A stretch of DNA of 64,000 bases. It comes from Selaginella moellendorffii (taxonomy: Eukaryota > Plantae > Lycopodiophyta). The position numbers were made by a program, and so were the translations under genes. Where the stretch lies: contig NW_003314280.1 in NCBI RefSeq assembly GCF_000143415.4, forward strand, positions 62,001-126,000, read 5' to 3'. Under the pieces are notes generated by a model that ran no database searches, was not told the DNA's origin, and saw only the letters and a program-made list of their open reading frames with translations. The first letter of the stretch is position 1, and every line of letters starts with the position of its first letter. This document shows, one piece after another, positions 49,745 through 63,700 of the stretch.

Positions 49745-52700
49745 GCTTTTTCATTCTTCCTCCATCTCCAGCCGCTAGAATTTTTCTTTGGTCGTTTCTT
49801 TATCGCAGATTCTCAGAATATTCACTTTCTTTAACCTCTTGCCAAAACAGTTACGCGTACGCTCCAAGTTTTTCACGACTTAGGTGGCTTCAATCTTCAA
49901 GTATTCTTCATCTTTTGGTCTTATGCTCCATTTTTTTCTTCATTCCTTCATGCTCTTCCACTATTTTTGTTTTACGGTCTTGTTTTTCTTGATTTTTTGG
50001 TTCTTTTTCTTCCTATGCCATTTTCTTGTGCGTCTTTGGTCCGTTTTCCTTGAAGTTTTGGGGGAAATGAGCGTCTTGGTCTGCTCTATCCCACGAGCTC
50101 TTCACGACACCGTATCCCACCGTGGTTGCCAGTGAAAACTCCTGGAATCTCTAAACTGGGAGGAAAATGTCCATACAAGATCTTCCTAGGAGTTTCAAAT
50201 CTAATCTAGTCCCTAAATCTAAAACTATACTACAAGAAGAATGCACTTACCTGCTTGTGCCAAGCCAAGTAAAGACCATGAATATGTTTACTTCGAGAGT
50301 GGAGAAGGGAGAAAAAGGCAAGCTCGAGGATTCAAACTTAGGGAAGTAAACTTGAGAGGTTCAAGGTTAGGACTGTATTCCTAACCTTGACGTGAGCAGT
50401 GGCAACTATAAAAGTAGGACTTAGAATGTTTTTAGACTTATCCCTAATACAAAATACATTGCAATACATCGTCATTCTGCCTATCTCTTTGGCTCTTCAT
50501 GGCAATGGCAATGTCTTACTTACCCACTGCCTTCAAGGGATCAAAAGCATGGGACTAGCACCTTCAAGCACATGTTCACACCCACACTTGGACTTGGAGC
50601 ATCAACCATTCGATCTCCTGGGGGAGTTAAAGTTGGCTCTTGAACATTTCACAAAGCTACCCCACTTGTCAATCTGTATTCACTCTAGCCTTGGACTTCC
50701 CAGTGGTTATCCCATCACCTAACACATGGGCACAGCCTTCTTGGGCCAAACTAGCCTTTCCTAGCCAAACTAGCTCCATTGGAGTCCTCCCCCTACTATA
50801 CTTTTGGAGCTCACCAAACCCCCTAGGCTTTGGGAGATGAACGCTTTAGGCTTTCACCCTCTCAAACTCGAACTTGGACTCAGACTCAGACTCAGACTCG
50901 GGCTCGGACTCGGACTCAGACTCGAGTTTAGGCTCAGTCTCAGCCTCAGCCTCAGTCTCGGTCTCGGTCCCGGTCTCAGTCTTGGTCTCGGTCCCGGTCT
51001 TGGTCTCGGTCTCGACTTCGGACTCCATCTCGGGTCCTTCTCGGACTCCATCTCAGATTCCATCTCGGGTCCATCTCAGACTCAATCTTGGGTCCATCTC
51101 AGACTCCATCTCGGTCCATCTCGGACTCCATCTCGGGTCCATCTCAGACTCCATCTGGGTCCATCTCGGACTCCATCTCAGGTCCATCTTGGACTCCATC
51201 TCGGTCCATCTCGGACTCCATCTCGAGTCCATCTCGAACTCCATCTCGAGTCCATCTCGAACTCCATCTTGGACTTGATCTCGGGTCCATTTTAGACTCC
51301 TCCACATGTCATGTGTCGGTCCTCTTATGTCTCTTTTCTAGAGACTCACTTATTACTTGCTTCATGCTTGTTCCTCGAGCACTTCATTGGGAGTTCCATT
51401 CCCGCTCTCGACCTTTCAAGTCAAAGTTTTTAGTCCAAACATATTATGCTCGTTTGGCTTTTGCTTCGGCCACTACGACATGGCACCCTTGTGGCTCCAC
51501 TTTGGGGCTTAGGGATTTGTGTCTCACAACTCCACCACCCATAGACGAAATTTGATGTCCTCATCGAACAATAAACCATTTTACAAAGTAACACCAGTAT
51601 GTATTACCTTTTCCATCCTTGGCATCTAGCCAATATTCGTCAATGGTTTAACACCGAGGGCTCACCATGCCTTATCCAACCTCTAAGGAGCATAGCCTCT
51701 CTAATATAGAAACTTGATCAACCACCTATAGTGGTTCTTTCCCTTCCATTAGTTTAGTTCTTGCTAAACCCATTAGAGGCACCTCCTCTATCTCAATCCC
51801 ACTACCCACTCTCGAGTTGTCTCAGTTCTCATTGATATAAACTTGCACCCTAGAATTTTTAATTTTGAATTTTCAGAGTCAATTTCCTACGTGTCTCCAA
51901 CACCTTGCATTGCGTTTATTGTGCAACTCCACTTCCTCATCCTGAGAAGTTCTCTATTTGAGGGCACCATCATCTTCTTTCCTATTTTGTGCCACCTTTG
52001 GCACTAAGTTCCAGTTATCCTAATTCGTGCTAAGGCTATCCATGGCCCTATAATTTAGCTATATTACCACTCCTTTCTTTAGAGCTTTCACTTTCACCAA
52101 ATCAGAGTAATTGGCTTTCACATTACCTTTCCCACAATCTGTTAGCATTCAACACCTTGGTGTTTCTGGCCTAACTTTGCCATTTGGATTCCTTCCCATG
52201 GTTGCCATGGCTCTTTTCTTAACCATTAGCTTTTTGCTCCTATTCTTTGATAGTTGCACCCAGCAACATAGGATTGCTACCTCCATTCTCGAGGTATCCT
52301 TTCAGTTCCATAGCAAAGACTTTGCTTGCTAAGTCTAGAGGGTGTTTACCCCTAGTATGTCTCTTTAGCATTTTTTGTTGTGGGATTTATTCATAGCCCA
52401 ACTTCATAACCAGGTAAGCCCTTCACTTCCTATGGTTAGGTTCTATCCCTTTACTACTTGCCCTTTGCCCTCACACATTTCCTTTGGTTATTCTCCTCCA
52501 GACTAAGAGGATAGCTTTGCACTTTTTACTATGCCTCAGCAAGTATTCTTAGGGATGAACCTACCCGACAATCTAAGGAGTGGTTCCTCAATCTGGGTAT
52601 GCTCACTTTGTAACCCCACACATTGGGATTAACATTGCTACTTTTGGGCCTTATATGCCCCTCAATAGCCTTGCCAAAATCCTCTTTTGGCTTTATCCAA

Positions 52701-54136
52701 TTCAAATAGACGGATTTTTCCCATCTTCGCAACCTTGGACATTTGGATAGCACCTGTTATCCATCATTCGTTATAGACTTAGTCCCTTGGGCTTTATCTA
52801 TTGCCCTCATGACACCAAACATCATCTCCTGGTGTTCTAGTGTGTTTGGGTGTCCCAACGATAGCCTCTTTGATAATGAGCATTCCCTTTATGACATTGA
52901 CTTACTCTATTGCAACATTAGCAATTCATTCCCTATAAGGGTATGTTTACCTTCCTTATCCCAATAAATAGTTTTAGGTAGTTACCTTCTACCAGTTTCA
53001 TTAATTATTTTGCACCTTTTGTTTAGTTGCCTCATAATTGTCAAGTCTTACAACTCATTGCTGGTGTTTCCACACCTCCATTATTGTTTGGGTCACCACG
53101 CTCTACCACATGCCTTCTAGCTTAGGCTATGCTATTTTCATTTCCATTGGGATTCCCTTGGCAAGGGGTTCTCATGAACTCACCAACATAACCTCAAGGT
53201 ATCACACCTTGGCACATTTGGTGTCTCCACACCATCGGCTCCACGAGCCTACCTTTATAACACTTGCACTCGTGTCTACGTATTTTGCCAAGAGCAAAAT
53301 AGTAGTATCTTATGCCAAATATACATTAAAACTTAAACATAGTGTACTAAAAAACTCTGCATCAAAGTAGCTTTCTTCTGGGAACACCATTCCTACGACT
53401 ATAGTATGGCACATTCTGCCACCCATGAGATACCCACTGTTCTTATACTTGGATCTTATGATCCTCCCCATCCTCTGTGGGGCACAACGCACCTTAGTTC
53501 AAATGCTTCCATCAATCTGTTAAGAACATTCTTTGATTCCACGCAAGTCATTCTCAGCCTTTTGGACCTTTTCTAATCCCCTGACCTATAAGGTCTTACT
53601 TTTGAGGTGCTAACTCATTAGAATATAACTTTTTGTATTCATGTCCTACTCACCAGGACCACCATTACAAGTGTTATTCCCACACTTGACTATTTTTTGA
53701 TCTTTGTGGGCTACCTTCACTCGTTAGGACTATCCGTCCATATGATGAGAACATCGATTCATCCTCTAAGCACAACCCTAACTCTTGGGGTTGTTCCAGC
53801 ATTTATTCAAGGTAGCCCTGGCTACCATTTCAAGGATTTATATCCTCATCCGTATTTGACTTCTTATGGTCATTAATTCTGATCTCAAATTCATGAGCAC
53901 CAGCCTCAACTTCAAGAAGATAATCTTGTGACTCCTTTATCTTTTTTATCTTTTTGAAGTCTCTATCTTCCTGCTTGTTCCTCGAGCACTTTGTTGGGAG
54001 TTCCACTCCCGCTCTCAACCTTTCAAGTCGGAGCTTTCAATCCAAACGTGTTACACTCGTTTGGCTTTCGCTTTGGCCACTACCACGTGATGCCCTTTCA
54101 GCTCCACTTTGGGGCCTAGGGATTTTGTGTCTCACA

Positions 54137-55228
54137 GTCCTCTCACTTAACAAATCTGTGATCATGCATGGACTCCTCCATGCTCGGCCCCATGGGCCAC
54201 CCCTTTTGAAGTTAGCACCTTCAACTAGTTGATTTGTTCCCCTGATTTGCCAATCTCACTTAGCAAGTCATCTGGCCACCGTAACATGGTTCATGCATAT
54301 GCATGAAAGTCCTTAACCATCAACTTTCGTTCAAAGCCCTCTCTTTGAACATTCGGGAACCACTTCCCCAACCTTAATAGCCTCGCCTCATGGCCAGCTT
54401 CAAGACCACGTTTCTACTGTGCCACTCTGATTTTACACACTCTAGGAACCATTTACACTTGGCTTTCTAGGTACTTATCTACTTAGAATTGTCTTTGGGA
54501 ACCTTCAAGAAACTCTGTTTGTTAGCTTACTAAGGTTTCTCCTTTGCAAGCTTTTTACTCACTATATGGTCTAATATGGATAATTCCATATTTTAGACTT
54601 TCCATGTCATCGTGGTTGCTAGTAACAACATTGTCGAACACCCTCTTGATTCTCCTCTCCCAACTTGCATAACCACCGTTGGTTATGCCCTTCGATTTCT
54701 ATAGTTCAGTTCCATCCCAATACTACTTGCATTTTGGCCTCATATGTTCCCTTTGGTTATTCTCCTCTAGACTAAAAGGATAGCTTTGCACATTCTACCA
54801 TGCCTTAGCAAATATTTATAGGGATGAACCTACTTGATAGCTTAGGGAATGGTTCCTTAATCTGGGCATGCTCACCTTATAATCCCACACACCGGGATTA
54901 TCGTTGCTACTTATGGGCCTCCATATGCCCATCACTAGCCTTGCCAAAATCCCATTTTTGGCTTTGTCCAAATCGGGTAAATGGATTCCTCTCGTCTCTA
55001 TAACCTTGGACGTTTGGATGGCATCTCCTTTCTATCATTCGCTAGGGACTTAGTCCCTTGGGCTTTGTCTATTGCCCTTGTGTCACTAAACACCACCTCT
55101 TAGTGTTCTAGAGTATTTGGGTGTCCCAATGATGATCTCTTTGACAATGAGCATTTCTTTTTTCGACATTGACTCACTATATCACAACATAAGCAATTTA
55201 TCCCCCTTTAAGGGTATATCTAACTTCG
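54137..55228 (-). mobile_element. B'' internal fragment
   Basis: Reverse complement of B (~22760-22836 joined to 30102-31115), with an empty C site. Confidence 0.85.
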
Positions 55229-57125
55229 AAAAGCTATCAAAAAGCTAAACTCATACCTAGAATGTCTTCCATATCTCCTTTTAATAGTGAGTTGTACCAC
55301 TTGTGGCTTATATTACTCTATAAAAAAAGTGCTATATCATTTAAGGATATACGTACTGTCGAAGGTGTTACTTTCTCCTCTTTTAAACAAGCAGCTATGA
55401 CAATGAGACTTTTAGCAGATGATTTAGAATGGGAATATTGCATGCAAGAAGCTTCTACTTTTAAAATGCCATCCCAATTAAGACAGTTATTTGTTTTTAT
55501 TTGTTTGTATTGTTCACCAAAAGATCCAAATCTATTATGGGATCAATTCAAAATTGATATGTCTGAGGATTATGCTAGAAATGATATAAACTATTTTGAC
55601 ATTGCTTTAGTCAATATTATTTCAAAATTCCAACTACACAATAAATCTAATTGTGATTTTGGTTTACCACTCCTAACTCTTACTCCCATTATCAAACACA
55701 TGCTTAATACAGAGATCCCTGACCATCACAAGACCAAATAAATGCAAACATAAATCAATTTAGTTATAAACAATGTTATATTTTTTAACTCATTATAAAT
55801 GCCATTGACACTAACCAACATCAATGTTTCTTTATTAATGAACCTGGTGGTACTGGAAAAACTTTTCTACTTAATACCATCATTACAGAATTACAATTAA
55901 AAAAAATAAAAGTAATCAATATGGCATGGACTGAGATTGCAAGCATTTTGCTAAAATATGGTCAAACGGCACATATGATTTTTAAACTTCCTGTTCCTTT
56001 AAATGAACCTTCTGTTTCTACTTTAACAATTAATAGTGATGCTAGAAAAACCATTAAACAAGCAAATGTTCTCATATGAGATGAAATTAGTATGGTTTAT
56101 ACACATGCTTTCTCTGTGGTTGATAAATGTTTAAAGCATCTTAAATGTAATTCTAAACCATTTGGAGGCGTTATAGTGATTACAAGTGGTGACTTTCGTC
56201 AAACCCTTCTTGTTGTTCCCCATGGCCATAGAACCTCTATTATTTCAAGCTCATTTAAAATGAATAAACTATGGTCACTCTTTACAACTCTAACACTAAC
56301 AAAGAACATGCATTCAAGTAATCTTTGTTTTTCTGAATGGCTTCTCAAACTTGGCAATGGTGATAGTAGTTTGTAGCTGCCATGTCTCCCACCAAATATT
56401 ATCAAAATACCACATGCATTATCTATCACTACATATGTTGTAAACTTTGTTTTCCCAAATACCGATGATATTATAAATAATTATACAGTTGCATCAAAGG
56501 TTATTCTCACCCCACTCAATGACGACATGTTCAGAATAAATAATGACATTGTTGGAAGACTACCAAGTGATCCATATGTTTATTTGAGCATTGATACGGT
56601 TGACTCAGATCACCCTAAAGAGTTCCCAATTGAATTCTTACATTCAATCACCCCATCGGGACTACCACCACACAAATTGATTCTAAAACAAAATGTGATT
56701 TTGATTCTCCACAAATTAGTTTATGCAATGGCACTTGCCTCATTCTCAAGCAAGCATCTCAAAACGTTTTAGATTGTGAAATTATCACGGGACAATTCAA
56801 GGGATTGTGAGTTTTTATTCCACGTATTACCCTTACACCTTCTGATGTTGAAATCCCTTTCAAGATGTCTCGAAGACAATTCCCAGTTTGTCTGGGTTAT
56901 TGCTTAACTATTTCTAAAGCCCAAGGCCAAACTTTCGACCATGTTGGCATTTACCTCCCCCAACCTATTTTCACACATGGTCAACTTTATGTTGCTCTGT
57001 CAAGGTGTAGATCACCTGAACAATTTCGTGTTCAAGTGCTTGCAACCCCCCTTCAAGGCAATCTTATACCACATGATCAACACTTTTACACTGTGAATAT
57101 AGTCTATGCTGAAATTCTTAAGTAG
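55229..57125 (+). pseudogene. Helitron RepHel C-terminal PIF1-type helicase, 5' truncated
   Basis: SFKDIRTV...LADDLEW...MPSQLRQLF; PGGTGKT; DEISM; PFGG...GDFRQ; RRQFPV...TISKAQGQT...HGQLYVALSR. Stops and frameshifts present. Confidence 0.92.
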
Positions 57126-57787
57126 ACTGACAAAAACATGGCACAATTCTAAATCTAACCATGATTCCACAAAGCTATCTACTTAGCCAACCTTGACTTG
57201 CAGTTGTGAGTTTCAAGTGCACACCACAAGAAAGCTGGCACTGACTGGTGTGCCTTGGGTGCTGTCCCATTTTGGTTATGGCAATGTGCTATTCAGTTGC
57301 TAATGGCAGAGGTACAGTTTTCATCCTATTGCTTCTTGAGTGCAGCTCTCATTGCAATATAATGGTTTCTGGCTCATCCCAAGAACCTCTCTAGCAGGCT
57401 GTGGAGCAAGTAGCAACACCTACACCAAAGATGGACTTGGAAGTATTGTTTGGGCTTTTTGTGTTTAAAATGGAGGAATGCAACTCAATAGTGATCTAAT
57501 CTAACTTATATAATGCTCATAACACATTTGGTCACGAGAATGTCTTTCAATTGTGGAGTCGATCAAACAGCAAACATAACTAAGCTCAGAAAACCTCTTC
57601 AAATGGCATCAAATTTGCCAACCACCTAGCATTTGTTGGGCAATTGCTAGTCTACTACTATAAGGAGCAATCACCAAACTTTTTGGGCTGCCAGATCTGG
57701 CCAATCGGCACTGTTGGATGCAGGGTAAATTAGTAAATATCGGTGTCTTACTGCACGTCCTTTTGAAATATTTTTGCAAGGTTTTGG

Positions 57788-60700
57788 TGTAGCGCACCTG
57801 AATTTGGAGCCGAACTCCAAGCCCGTTGCGCTACGAAACGAGGGTCCGGTACAATCCCACGAGCACCAGCTCCCCGTATCCAGCACCTGCACGCAAAATG
57901 GTGTCAGACGGAGTCTGGCACAATTTTGGCATACCGGTGGCCTAACGCGAGAAGGAGGGTACTCCACCGACTAGAGCAGCATGGAGCTTGGGCTTAGACC
58001 CAAGCCGGACGCAGAACAAGGAGCGACACAGCCCAGCGGGAGCCAAACTAATGTCTCAGGTGGTCGGACATGCATTCCAACCACTATCCCTACTATACAT
58101 TTGGAACCCCCCACAGCCCCCCCCCCCCCCCCTTGAGGGACACACGCTTTGGGCTTTCACCCCAAGCCTCCCTTAGTACCAGGAGTTAGTCTCTGGGACA
58201 AGTCCGAAACTTACTAAATATGGAATGTCCTTAGATTGCGAATTTGGACACGGGACAAACACCATTGTGTTCAGGCCGATCTCTACATTTCGTAGATATG
58301 CCAAATGAGCTAATCTAGACACTTTCCATAAATAGCATTTAGGACCGAAATGAGACCAACACAAAGGGTATGATAGCGAGGGTGTTTGGCAAACACGGTA
58401 AGCTATCATCTAGCGAATATTGAGGGACTAGTCTCAATATCGCGGGGGTTCCCAACACTAGCAAGTGCAAGTCAACAAATGAGTTTCTCTAACCAGGTCA
58501 AGTATGCTTGACAAATAGCATGTAGGAATTCCGTCCTTATGCTCATCTGGTCAAGTGCACATGTGATGACCAGTTTCTCAACTCGCTTGAGTGGAGACCA
58601 TAAAAGAGACCAGCAGTACCGACCTCCTGCCGTCGTGGCAGTAAGGAAAGAGTGCCCGTAAGGACTGGCCGACAAGTATCTTTCGATACCCGAAGTCACA
58701 TTCGCGACACTCTCCCCCCCTTGGGGAAGATCGACGTCCTCGTCGATGCATACCCGAGTCTAGCAGTCCGTCAAGGAAACAACTCCGAAAGTTAATGGAA
58801 AGCACACTATGTGGGAAACGCACCGACTTAAATGAGTTATGGAACAACCTCTCCTCTACGTCCAAAGACGTTAAGACTCAGACACCCTCCGGCCGTCACC
58901 GACAAGGAAATGACTAGCAAAATTAGCCATCCTTGCTGCTCCGAGTACTACTCGGCTTACAAAGGAATGATACATCCCTGCCCGCAAGGACATAGGGAGA
59001 GGGCCAGAGGCCCAACTTCCCCTGAGCAAGAAATCAACCCCGTCGGGAAGATTTAGATAACTACTATAAACTGGCAGATTAAGTTGTTTACACGACCACG
59101 CCCCTTTTCGAAAATGAGTCATCGAGAGAGAGGCGGGGACTTGTGATCAGTCTATAATAGTTATCCCCATGGTTATGGATTGGACCCATGCACCGAAGTG
59201 CCGAAGTCAGCCTGCCAAAACTGACCCAAGTATGAATGAACGAGAGAAACGACATTTGATTTATAGAAATATATTACTTTATTAATTTGCAAGATTGATT
59301 ACAAGATTTACAAAAGCTAATCTTTATTACGATTCTCATACTCCGTGACAAGCTCACGAGCATGTGTAAGATTACTAAGAGGTTCCCAAGTTGATTCACA
59401 GGTCGGGTAACCTTTCCACTTAACGAGATATTCCTTTGCACGACCACCACGTTTCCGGCGACAAGCCAGAATGCTTTCAACTTCGTATTCAGGTTCACCG
59501 TCCACAACATCTGGTGGCGGACGAATCTCCCCTTGACATGTAATATCCATAGTGTAAGGAGCCAATAGATTGGCATGAAATACATTATGAATATTGGACA
59601 TCTCCACAGGAAGATCCAACCGATAGGATACATCACCAATTCGTTTTAACACCCGATAAGGTCCAACATATCTCGGCAAGAGCTTCCGAGACAAAGAACC
59701 CTTGATGTTCAAGTTCCGGGAAGATAGCCACACCTGATCTCCCACTAGATAGGATACATCCCGACGATGCTGATCTTTATCACGTCGATACCTATCCTGA
59801 GCTTTGCCCATCGCCTCAGTAGCTCTAGACCAACCGTGGTGTAGTTGCTCCGCATAAGTTTCAACGGCTGGGACCAACACTTCGGTCATTGGTTTCGGGA
59901 TAACAATCTGTTGAGGAACCCCACAAGCATTTCCTTGTAGCATCTCCCATGGAGAACAGTCTATAGCACTGTGAAATGTGTTGTTATAACAGATTTCTGC
60001 TGTATCCAAATGCTCAATCCAATCGCTTTGGTCCGCTGCGACATAGTACCGCAGATAATCCTCAACTTGAGCATTCACGCGTTCGGTCTGCCCATCGGTT
60101 TGAGGATGATAAGCTGTACTAAACTTCAACTTGGTACCAAACAACTGGAATAGGGTCCCCCAAAACTTCCCCGTAAACCTTGAATCTCTATCTGAGATCA
60201 TCTCTTCAGGAAGACCACGAACTCGCACTACTTCATGGAAAAAGAGCTTTGCTGCTTGTTTCACATTCACTGTTCCCACAGTTGGAATGAAGTGTGCAAT
60301 CTTTCTTGCTTATAGAATATAAGCCCATCCCGAACTGAGAAGTGAAGTTTCGCATTAGTGCGACTAGCAACTTTTGCTGCTTCGCTACTAGGGCTCTGCT
60401 TCGACAACTCCGCACGGCGTAAGATTGTCTTCGCCAATGGATCACTTCCATACGAAGCCCGAACGTCTTCCAACCAGTCCGAACTGATTGCCGATATTGC
60501 CCGGAATTGAGCTTGACAACTCAACGCATCCGGAACAATATTGTCTTTACCAGGTTTATATATGATTTCAATATCATATCTAGCAAGCTTCTCTTGCCAA
60601 CGAGCCTGCTTCGGCGTAAGCTTAGGCTGCATAGCAAAGTAACTTAGTGTGTTACTATCCGTATAAACCTTGGTATGTCCACCCAAATAGTGTCTCCAGT

Positions 60701-63700
60701 GTTCCAGGGCCGACACTATAGCAAACATCTCTTTCTCGTGCGTTGGCCATCTTCGTTGGGTCTCATCCAATTTCTTGGAATAGAACGCAACGGGACAACC
60801 ATGTCTTTTTAGCGTAACACCAACTGCTTTGTCACAATCTTGCTGTAACACAGCACCAATAGCATAACCAGATGCATCACAATGCACTTCGAAGGGTTTA
60901 TCAAGATCTGGGATCCTGAGAACAGGAACCGTAGTCAAGATCTCCTTCAATCGTACAAAAGCACGCTAACAAGCTGGTGTCCAATTAAATGGAATATTAC
61001 TCTTTGTTAACTCAGTCAACGGAAGAGCAATACTTGCAAAATTGCAGACAAACTTGCGATAGTATCCCGCCAAACCGAGAAAGGAACGAACATCTGATAC
61101 AGTGGTCGGGACTTCCCAGGACTTCACCGCTTCCACCTTCTTTGGATCGACCTCAATCATGCCACCACCAACTATATGTCCGAGAAAGTTTACGCGCAAT
61201 TGACCAAAAGCGCATTTACTTTCCTTAGCATACAGTTTGTGTTCACGCAATTTCTGAAACACCAGCTCCAAGTGTTTCAAATGATCCTCCAACGTTTCAC
61301 TAAAGACTAGAACATTGTCGATATACAGGACAACAAATGCATCCAAATAATCTCCGAATATTCTATCCATCATAGTGTTGAACGTTGCCGGAGCATTGCA
61401 TAACCCGAATGGCATGACAAGGAACTCATAAGATCCATACCGAGTCTTAAAGGCTGTCTTCTCCACATCCTGATCCGCCACCCGTATCTGATGATATCCG
61501 GACTGCAAATCAAGTCGCGTAAAATACTTAGCCTTTAAGAGTTGGTCAAACAAGTCATCAATGCGAGGCAAAGGATAACTGTTTTTAACCGTGATCTTAT
61601 TGAGTGCCCGATAGTCAATACACATCCTCATGGTTCCATCCTTTTTCATAACGAAGAGGACCGGCGCTCCATAAGGTGACTTGCTTGGTCGGATATGACC
61701 TTTGTCAAGAAGCTCCGTGAGTTGCTTCTTGAGTTCAGCCATCTCCTTGATGTTCAACCGATATGGAGCTTTCGTAGGTGGTTTAGAACCCAGAATAATC
61801 TCAATCCGATGATCAACCTCACGGCTAGGAGGTAGCCCTGGCGGCAAATCCTTCGGAAAGATATCCTGATTCCTCGCCAACAACTCCAATATCCTTTGTG
61901 GTACAGGATCAACCCCGTCACCGATTCGAACCGAGTCACCCACACTCTCAGCTTCCATCACTTGAACCCAAAAGGTCTGACATCCCCTTTTAGCTGCTTT
62001 TTGAGCGGCCCTCACAGTCAGGAACTTTGCATCCCAATCCTTTGAGGAACGCTTTTGCAACTGAAAGGATACATCAGGATGTCCTTCTGACTTCAATGTG
62101 ATACGACTTTGTCCAGCACCATAAATCCCTTTGATATACTTGTTGAAGAAATCCATACCAAACACCATCTGAAAATCTGGTATCTTCAACACTACCAAGT
62201 CCACTCTTTCTTTCCACTTGGATATCTTTATTGGAACATCACTCACAAACTTTCTGGCTACTTGCCCACCTTCCGCAAACCGGAAGTGCATAGGCGACAT
62301 TTGCTAAGCATTCAATCCTAACAACTTAACTAAGTCTTTGGATATCACGCTGTGCGTAGCTCCCGTGTCAATCATCACTCGGATTCGGTGTCCACGGACA
62401 AAGCCTACCAGATACATTAACGGATCAGTGTTTGCATTGACTGCAAGAAAAGCTTGAGGAAAGCAACGAAAGTTACTCACCTCTTCTTCCTCATAGTCTG
62501 CATTGACCAACTCGTCAACCCCTTCGGCTTCACCACCACCGTCTTCCCACATGACATTAACCCGAGACCTTGTCTTATGCTTGTTGGGACATTCCGAGGA
62601 CCTATGTCCCGACTCTCCACAATGGAAGCAATGACCCACACTACCCGTTCCGCTAGGAGCAGGTTTTGTAAGTTGCTGTTGCTTGTACCCACCAGGAGGA
62701 GGAACAGAGGGCCTAGGACCAGAAGAAGCTGCTGGTGGTCTCCAACCACCACCACCTTTATTCACCGTAGCTTGTGAGCCCCCAGGGCAGTACCTACTTT
62801 CCACCCTTTGTTTTCGATCACCTTGCTTATTCCCAAAAATTTTATTCTTGTCCGAGTTACCAGCATACAATTGCTGATATTGTTCTATGAGCGAGTGACT
62901 AAAGGCAACTTGCTGTGCTGCCTCTTTACACTCCAGGTACGTCTTCGGCTTAAACTTCAAAATCTCATTTCGAGAAAGTGAACTTAAACCCTCCAGGAAA
63001 TAACTCCGAGCATCTTCGTCACTCATATTTGCAATCATAATGCGCTTCTGAGCAAACGCATTAACGTAATGCATAAGGTCCCCTCGCTGCTTTAACTGCC
63101 GCAGCTCTGCGCGAAGTCTCAGACCAAGATCATCCGGCAAGTATTCCTTACGGATACGAGACCGCATCTTGGTCCAACTTCTAGTCTGCCATTTTTCAGC
63201 ACACACCTGGCGCCACCAAGTTTTGGCATGATCGGGGAGAAAAGATTGTGCGGACGCAACTTTCGTACGATCATCTACGTCTGCCGCTATGAAGTAGTTC
63301 TCCATATCGTAGACCCAGTCTTCCAAAACCTAATAGTCTCACATGCCTCTGAAATTGGGTGGTTTCGGAGGCTTGAACTTTGAAACTCGTGCAACCGGGG
63401 GCGGCTGCAGAACTTCCTCATCCTCAGAACTTGAAGAGGAGTCCGGTTGCTTAGGCTTAGCTGGTTTAGCTGCCTCAGCTTCTTTCTTCCTCTTCTTGTT
63501 CTCCTTCTTCAATTTGTGAATCTCCTTTTGCAAATTCTCGATGTCGACTTCATGAGCCGTGTGCTGCAATGCTGCAGCATTTGGCTCGTCCTCTTCTGAC
63601 TCGGCCTCAGCCCCTTCCGTAGCATCTCTAGCAGGAGTTTCCTCCTCTCGATTTGCCCGTCTAGAGGTTTCAGCGTCATCAGCACGGTTCCTCTTCACCA

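Larger units (their letters stand above)
40988..50578 (-). mobile_element. Non-chromovirus Ty3/Gypsy E (Athila/Tat-like basal lineage) with extra ORFs; RT/RH deleted
   Basis: 5' LTR 50133-50578 (TGAA...TTCA) and 3' LTR 40988-41417 (first 16 bp and PPT lost). PBS TGGCAACCACGGTGGGA 50115-50131 is tRNA-Arg-like. TSD CACCG/CACCC. Confidence 0.9.
40269..54136 (-). mobile_element. B' : rearranged B-family copy (3' LTR 40269-51528 interrupted by E; internal deletions; 5' LTR stub ~53971-54136)
   Basis: Reverse complement of the B LTR and internal region. It lacks the Cassandra, C, A1 and TRIM insertions. Confidence 0.85.
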
